Below are positions 1 to 64,000 of a DNA stretch of 64,000 bases, one piece after another (the first letter of the stretch is position 1; every line of letters begins with the position of its first letter). Made by a program: the position numbers and the translations under genes. Source of the stretch: Amoebidium appalachense. Lineage: Eukaryota; Protista; Ichthyosporea. Where the stretch lies: the NCBI GenBank assembly GCA_963693365.1, contig CAVNZM010000002.1:14169615-14233614 (forward strand). Direction: 5' to 3'. A model generated the notes under the pieces. That model was not told the DNA's origin. It saw only the letters and a list, made by a program, of their open reading frames with translations, and did no database searches.

Positions 1-814
1 ACACATCTCCCACAAGTCCCAAGCTTCCACCCTTATTGCCCCATGGCCGTAGCGCATTCATGGTGCTGACCCCCCCCCACCTTCCCTCCCCTCCCGTCCC
101 CTCCCTCCCTCCCCACCCTCCCCCCACCCACCCACCCCCGTTCTACCCATCCCCAAAATCTCGTTCTCCCATCTCACTCCCTTCCGAAAGTGTGTATCAT
201 ACCGTCAATACGATTAGCTCACCATTACACTTGCAAACACAGGTCCCCAAAAAGAGATAAATTGACCAATACAATACTCCCCCTCTTACTCAAACCTACA
301 CTTGCCATGTTCAAAAACTTTTGTTGTGCCGTGATCTACTAAGGAACAAACATAAAACTATCGCTCATCTCTTCAGACTCACCGATAAGCTTTTTAAGGT
401 CCTTCTGGTGGGGGTCCGGGTATCTGTTCTGTAATCGGTGAAGCGACGTGTTAGCTCGTGTGCATCGCATAATATGCCAGTTCTCTGTTTTTAATACCAG
501 CCACTCTCATACCCCCCCCCCCCCCCCCCCCCCCCCGGGTCCCGGATTGAACGGCCCCACGCCTCTGCACCAATCTCTGCCCACGGGCACACATTCACGC
601 ATGTACACAAATTTGTATCAACCACACATGCTGGTTTATTCATGTCCACTCTTCCCAGTTCTTGCAGCACAAGAGACCCCCCCTTCCCACCCCCCCCCCC
701 ACCCCCCCCCCTCTCACGTGCTGCCAAGACGACTCATGCCGACCACCTTAAATCTGCCGCAACAAAATTTGTTGTGTCAAGCATGCAGCCCAATCTCCCC
801 CTTCCCCCCCCCCC

Positions 815-849
<35 letters not shown>

Positions 850-947
850 AAACAAAAGAAAAAGAAAAAGAAACACACACATACACACAAACATAAACAC
901 ACACACACACAAACCACCACCGCCGCCTCGTCAACAGCCCCATTCCG

Positions 948-986
<39 letters not shown>

Positions 987-2197
987 ACCCCCCACCCCAC
1001 CTCCTTCCCACCCTCGTAGCCCCCATCACCAATAGGCCCCTTCCCCTCCCCCCCTCCCCGCCCCCCTAGCCTACCCCTCCCCCCCTCCCCCCACTCCTAA
1101 TGGAGCTACCCCTTGCCGCTTCGTCCATTGCCAAAAAAAAAAAATGTTCTAGAAGTCCTTCGGCAGACGAACTCCTACGTTCATTCTCCCCCCCTCACCC
1201 CGTCCCTCTCCCCCCCCCTCCTTTCCCTGCCCCTCCCCCCCCCCCCCCTCTCCCCTCCCTCCCTTCCTCCTTTCCTCTTTCTCTCCCCCCCTCGCTCTCC
1301 CCTTCCCCCCCCCCCCCCCCCCTCCCCCCCACCACCCACCCCTACCGCTCCGCGCAAGCGATTAATGCATAAGAGCGCAACGTTTCATGTAACCGCTGAG
1401 AGGAGAGTGGGTCGATCCACCCACCAGCTCATTCTCATCCGGCTCAATGGCAGCACCGAAAGAATTCTCATTGGCATCCAGCAGAATACCTGAGGATGTG
1501 GAGGACATCAACGCTGTCAGAATTTATAAACTGATACTCTCGGTGTTACAAAATAACTTCCCCCTCAACCATCCCCTCTCACCCGCCTCTGCACACATAC
1601 CTAGTAAATTCTGCACCACCCTTCCCTTTCCCTTATATACAGCCCTCCCCCCCCCCCTCCCCTCCCCCCCCCCCTTCTCCCCTCCCCGCCCCCCCTCCCC
1701 CCGAGAATGGCCATGATGCCCGAATGTAGGACTTCGTTCTCATACCTATCATACTTGACTCGTTCACCTCCACAAGAACATGCACCGCCTCATAGGAAGG
1801 GGCCCACCACATACTGGCACACGCCACCCATTCCTCTAGATCTACACCCAGATGACTGATTCTGGTCACAAATGAAGCCCAAGAAAAGTCGTAGATAACC
1901 ACACACGCCCAGGGACACATAAACACGCGCGCATACACACAGACACCCGCACACACGTAAAGACATCCGGATGTGAACGTGTCCCACACATGCACGCACA
2001 ACCCCTTGCACCCGCAAACAAATGCGCACGCGCAGACGCATACATGCATTCAGACACACAGAGAGATAGAGAGAGAAACAGAGAGATACATACACGCATA
2101 CACACAATCTTTTACACCTGCTAACATCAATACCGAAGCTATGCTGCATTCTAACGTGAAAGCAAGGGGTAAGCACGGGGTGAAGCACCTTCTTCAT
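1..2197 (-). CDS. Putative multi-exon gene of unknown function, divergent from WDR61; 3' part uncertain and probably leaves the window
   Basis: Exons 2197-2118 and 1861-1746 join in phase with GT-AG sites (MKKVLHPVLTPCFHVRMQHSFGIDVSR|ISHLGVDLEEWVACASMWWAPSYEAVHVLVEVNESSMI). A further exon near 1510-1400 reads ILLDANENSFGAAIEPDENEL. Exon-like islands occur at about 1175-1110, 750-720, 430-385 and 65-1. No family recognised. Confidence 0.45.
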
Positions 2198-3137
2198 AAT
2201 CGTCACGGGCACAGCGGTAGGGCTGCAGGTGGCGAAGATTAGGCCTGAGAATAGACGAAAAGTCAAACTCTGCGACCGTCATTTTCACATACAAACTATA
2301 CCAATCCTACTGTAGTGGGTTATAAATCTCAGCTGTGTTGCTAAAACAGAGAACTGTGTCCTTGAGTCAGCGTTTTCTAGCTGAAGGAGTGAGCCTGTGT
2401 GCGGGGAAAAGCAACGCACCACACGTGACAACCTCAAGTCGATAAGCCAATCAAGATGGTTAAAAGTTTTGGGTCGGCCAATCATAGAGCACAAACGTTT
2501 CTATTGGCCATCGGTGGCTCATGGAGATCAGGAGGACCCATGCTCACGTTAAAGTTTACCACAATAAATAAATACTTCTACTGAAGCATGTATACTACAT
2601 GCTTCAGTAGAAAGCTTCAATAGAATAATATCAATGCAAAGTAAGCTCAGTTTCATCGTAGGGCGTAATACCGTGCTGGCTGTACTGTTTTCGACTCGGA
2701 CTCTAGACCAAAAATACCTGCCATATATGGTGCTCGACAGCTACTTTGTGAAAAATCTGGTTGGCCGACATTTTTACTCGACCCATGACGTCATATTCAT
2801 CTTGTTTCGAAGCTTGCGAACCTTCTAAAGTCATCATAACGTCTTCACAAGTAGGCTAACTATTGGCACAACGTTAACTGTGATTTCGTTTCGGTCGCCA
2901 ACTTTTGAAGTGAACGTTCATCCAACTAAGATGACCGTATAGGCGATCATTCGGGGCTATACATGGCTAGCTTATGTAACAGCACAAACACAGTTTCAGG
3001 GTGTTTTATTTGTGCAGCATAGTTCAAAACAGACATCAAACTTTCGAACGTGGACACAATAACATCGCTTTTGTCTCAGCTTCGTTTCTCTAGGTGTCTG
3101 AAGGTCTGCTTCGCGTGAAGCGTAAATCACATCCAGA
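2198..3137. promoter_or_regulatory. Probable bidirectional promoter region
   Basis: Microsatellite-free 0.9-kb interval between divergent start codons. CCAAT boxes at 2301, 2447 and 2478, reverse ATTGG at 2503 and 2862, and E-box CACGTG(AC) at 2422. Confidence 0.55.
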
Positions 3138-13605
<10,468 letters not shown>

Positions 13606-14300
13606 TTGTGTTGGCCGTCAATAGATTAACTTAACTCATGTAGTGCTTCTATTGGGTGGCATAAATTGAACTCTCTCCCAGCGCAAGTGTTGTGGTGCCT
13701 TTCAACCAGCACCAAGACACACATACACACATGCCACAGACTGACACGCAGACACAATAACACAAATGCGCACGGCATACACGTACACGTTCGAGCTCAC
13801 ACTAAACACACCCCAACCGTAACGAATACTTGCTCACACAATCTAAATCTAGTCTCGGATTGGCTGGCAATATTTCATCACTGTGTAAGACCTGTTGCAA
13901 GAATGATTCCCCACACTCTGTTGATGAACCTTCGCACCGACTTCAGGTCAGCAAGACCAATAAACACCATGCAGATCTGCCTATGCAGACCAATAAACTT
14001 ATAATTAAAAAAGCATCTTATGAATGGGCACCAGCACTTCACAATTTCACTGTTCAAGTCATGTGTTACAGATGTACAAGTGCCGGCAAAGTAATCCCAA
14101 CATCTAACCACACCGACACGTGTGCACTCTGTGTGGTGGGGTATGGGTTGGTGGGTGTGGTGGCTACAGCCACGTGTGTGTTTGGCTCTGACTTGATGTG
14201 CCCTGGGTGAGCATCAGTTTGTGTGGCTGTGGCTTCGTGCTTGCATGTATATATATATATAGAGAAACGAAGTTCCCCAAGCTTTATCAGCCTCTCACTG

Positions 14301-14745
14301 CTATGTTGCTGCTCCACACATGGTATCGTGTTGCAGCAGTTTCACGTGATATTGCACCACCGTAAGCAAATTCTTCATAGACTTTGACAGCACCTAAAGT
14401 GGACACAGCCAGAGTCACACATAATGCTGTGAACCGTAGAAATTCTATCGTTGTTCATGTCACATAGCCTTAGTGGTACGGTCGTGATCGTTTTTTTCCT
14501 TTTTTCGATCTAGGCTATCTTTAGAACCGTGCTTTGGCTTGCTCACCTCCCCCCCCCCCCCCCCCTCCCCCCCCCCCCCTCCCCCTCCCCCCCCCCCCCC
14601 CCTCCCCCCCCCCCCTCCCCTCCCCCCGATGGTTTCACAACTTGGCGACCTAATTATGATACATATTGATATGCACCTTCCGCACTTCTTGCGCAGAAGC
14701 TTATAGCATGGCATTGATGATATTCCTTATTTTTCTTTTTAGTTT

Positions 14746-14786
<41 letters not shown>

Positions 14787-14990
14787 CGCGCAAAAACTTC
14801 CCGCCCAGATTCAAATATTTGGCTAATCTGTGCGATCGTGCGAGAACTATTGGTCTAAACAAAATCGTTTGAGATTGTGATATTCCTACTTTTTTGATTG
14901 TTTTATTATCTGCCTGCATAATATTCATTCCCCCCCCCCCCCCCCCCTCCCTATACACCCCCCCCTCCCCCCCCTCCCCCCCTGTGACCC

Positions 14991-15021
<31 letters not shown>

Positions 15022-16329
15022 AAAAAAAGGATGGGCTCTGCTTATAATGAATAGACAGTGCTGTGCACGTGTACACGTACTTTACCCCCTGCACTAAGTT
15101 CTTGTATGTACATGTCACTGGCTGCATTTGATTGGCTGTGCTGGAAAACGCAGTAGGCCGTCGAATGTGGCTGGGCCTCCGGCAGTGTCCACGCAATAAA
15201 AAGTGTGTAAACCCCTTGTATGTTACTCGTGATGAGAATATTTCGGTGTGAATTTTTATGTCGCGTTTTACCTCTTTCCCTCCGGGTATAGGCTACACTA
15301 GCTGGCAATGTGAACACTTTAGACTTTTTGTTGAATTCTGTTGGTCATCACATTGAGTATTTATATGATTTTCACACAGTGTTCAGGTATCTCAGTATGC
15401 ACTTGTTACTGGATAGCTCGTGAAGTTTTTATTGTCTTCTCAGTATGCCGTGCATACTTGCATATCTTTCCGTCGAATAAATCTAGTCAAAAGAAAAAAA
15501 AATATTCGTACTCTGTGATGGATCCCCCCCCCCCCCCCCCCCCCAGCTTTCCTCTGGCTTCCCAAGTGGCCCAGGCCTTCTCCCCGGTTTCTTAACATAC
15601 AATGACTATGTCTTGAGTGAAATGGGCCGCTGCAGAAAGACAGCTGCATAATATGCTGACCCATTCGTGGGTGGGGGGGGGGGGGGGGGGGGGGGGGGGG
15701 AGGGGGGGGAGGGGGGGGGGGGGGAGGGGGGGGGGGCGGGGGGGAGAGGTGGCTATGGTGGTGGTGGAGGGGGGGCGGGGGGTAGGGGGGAGGGGAGGGG
15801 GAAGACCCCAAACGGAGGAAGGGAAGGGGGGAGAGGGTGTGTGTGTGTGTGGGGGGATGTGGCTATCCCTAGCTGGCGTGCACGGGCGTGACGGGAGGGT
15901 CCCGCGGACGTTAAAATTTGTCTTAAATCGGTGCTATATCATGCTATCGACAATGTGGCCGGGCCCCCGGCATATATTAATGCCCTCAATCCAATCCGTC
16001 CATACGGCCACTACCTGTCCTGCACTTCTTTCCCCAGATGTACATGTGGGATGGAGGGAAATAGGGTCTCACAGGAGATTTTTGCGCCGGAAATTTTTGC
16101 ACTGACACTGGTACCATGAGTCAGGATTTTTTGCACACCCCCCCCCCCCCCCCCCATATGGCATATGCCCCCCCCCCCCCCCCCCCCCCTCTCGGGCCCC
16201 CCCGGACATTCAGATAGCAAAGTGAAATTGAAATCATTAATGCGTATCAAGTAGGCCCAAAGGGGGAGCTCGAGGGGGGGGAGGAGGGGGGGGGGGGACG
16301 GAGGCGGGGAAGGGTTGGGGGGAGGGGGG

Positions 16330-16369
<40 letters not shown>

Positions 16370-16470
16370 TGGGGGTTTGAGTCGATCGAAACACTTTAAT
16401 AACGGACTCAATGAAGCACATACCTAGCAACTGGATGTTGGGCAATATCGTGAATAGGGAGACGTCGTTC
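14301..16470 (-). CDS. Putative small spliced gene (orphan-like) between WDR61 and DMXL
   Basis: AG...GT-bounded islands at about 16470-16425, 15629-15601, 15482-15458, 15214-15087, 14700-14677 and 14393-14301 can be joined in phase (...AHFTQDIVI-IYSTERYA-RVYTLFIAWTLPEAQPHSTAYCVFQH...QELSAGASAQEVRKVLSKSMKNLLTVVQYHVKLLQHDTMCGAAT*). No start codon fixed and no homology recognised. Confidence 0.3.
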
Positions 16471-16587
16471 TGAATCGAAAGTTATTCACATTGGAAACTA
16501 AACGGTGTTAATGCATGGAGTGTAGGGGCACATTTACATCCTGTGTCCTGCGCAGTACCCGTGCAGGGAGAAGAGGTGGTGGTGAGG

Positions 16588-16623
<36 letters not shown>

Positions 16624-17106
16624 AAGGGGGGGGAAGGGGGCAGGCGATTCAAGGAAGGGATTGAAACAGCTAGAGAGGGACAAGGGCTCCCTGCACATCA
16701 CACATAGGCAATCATTGATGATGCATGAATGCGCATGTCCTTTCATCATGAAAGGTAGATATATTGTCTCATAGATCTGAACAGTGTTTGGTGCCTTACT
16801 TTTTATTATGACAAGTCTGATATCCCGATGATTACTATACATATATCTTAGACTACAGGCTTCGAACTTCAAGCACACATACCCTCTGAATCAGTAACTA
16901 TGAGTCAGTAACTATGTAAACTATCATAGGATCTGTATAAAATCCCTGGAGTCCCATAAGTTTATTTAGGTGATGACCTGTCAGAAACCCATGACACTCC
17001 CGCAGAAAACAAATGAAGTCTGATATATATATATATATGCACACACAGATTACAGTAGTAGTATTCTTACTAATAGTAGACATGAACTCCCCAACACAGC
17101 ACCGGG

Positions 17107-17248
17107 GCCTGAAAATCATAATTGTGAAGAGCCCATACATTCGAAAAATTCCATTAAACAAAAAAATAGCAGTCACTGGCTTGAAAGCCATAATTGTGAA
17201 GAGCCCATACATTCGACAAATTCCATCAAACAAAAATAGCGGTCACTT
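17107..17248 (+). repeat. Two tandem copies of a about 71-bp unit
   Basis: GGC(C/T)TGAAA..CATAATTGTGAAGAGCCCATACATTCGA.AAATTCCAT.AAACAAAAA..AGC.GTCACT occurs twice. Confidence 0.85.
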
Positions 17249-17587
17249 AGCTGCAGTATCTAAATGCTCATAGCAACGAATTGCTCTATAACAGATAAAT
17301 GAGTGATGCGTGCATGCGTGCGTGAATATTTATTTTCCCCCAAGAGCGAGGAAGGTCTCAGGGGGTTAAATTCGGGGTAGATATGAGGAAGTGCCATATG
17401 TTCCCTAGTTGGACACCTTCCAAGCAACGCTGCACATCATTCATGCACAATCCTAAATAATCAGAAAACGTGAAGTCGTCAACCAAACATAAGGTGAGAC
17501 CAAGCAATCGAAACTTTGAGAGGCATGGCATTATTGCCTAAAAAAAAAAACCAAAAAAAAAAACCGATTGCATTCAACGTGATGGTG

Positions 17588-63899
<46,312 letters not shown>

Positions 63900-64000
63900 C
63901 TGAAATAACAGGATAATTTAGATTGTTATGTTGGTGTGCATAGTAACAGGACAAAAAGAGGCTGTGTTGTTGGTTGTGATAGATGAGTAAACAGGACAAA

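Overview
Eukaryotic, intron-dense genomic window. Short exons are separated by introns filled with microsatellites ((CA)n/(GT)n, (CT)n, (GCAC)n) and long poly-C/poly-G/poly-A tracts, so almost all ORFs in the supplied track are repeat artefacts. I reconstructed two genes by hand. (1) A complete 11-exon WDR61/SKI8 gene on + (3138-13605, 297 aa). (2) About 60 exons of a DMXL/Rabconnectin-3alpha/Rav1 gene on - (stop at 17588, 5' end beyond the right edge). Two weaker spliced genes of unknown function lie on - (about 1-2197 and 14301-16470). Highlights: two U12-type minor introns (one AT-AC, one GT-AG), both with good branch points but 5' sites lacking the canonical +7/+8 TT; a GC-AG intron; a strand-oriented repeat architecture at splice sites, including complementary (GT)n...(AC)n introns; a TTAA-flanked non-autonomous transposon family; a 266-bp fold-back element; a dispersed structured repeat family; and an in-frame 357-nt Lys-rich exon-like block inside a DMXL intron. 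Gene identities come from my recall of family sequences, not from database searches. The organism cannot be determined from this window.
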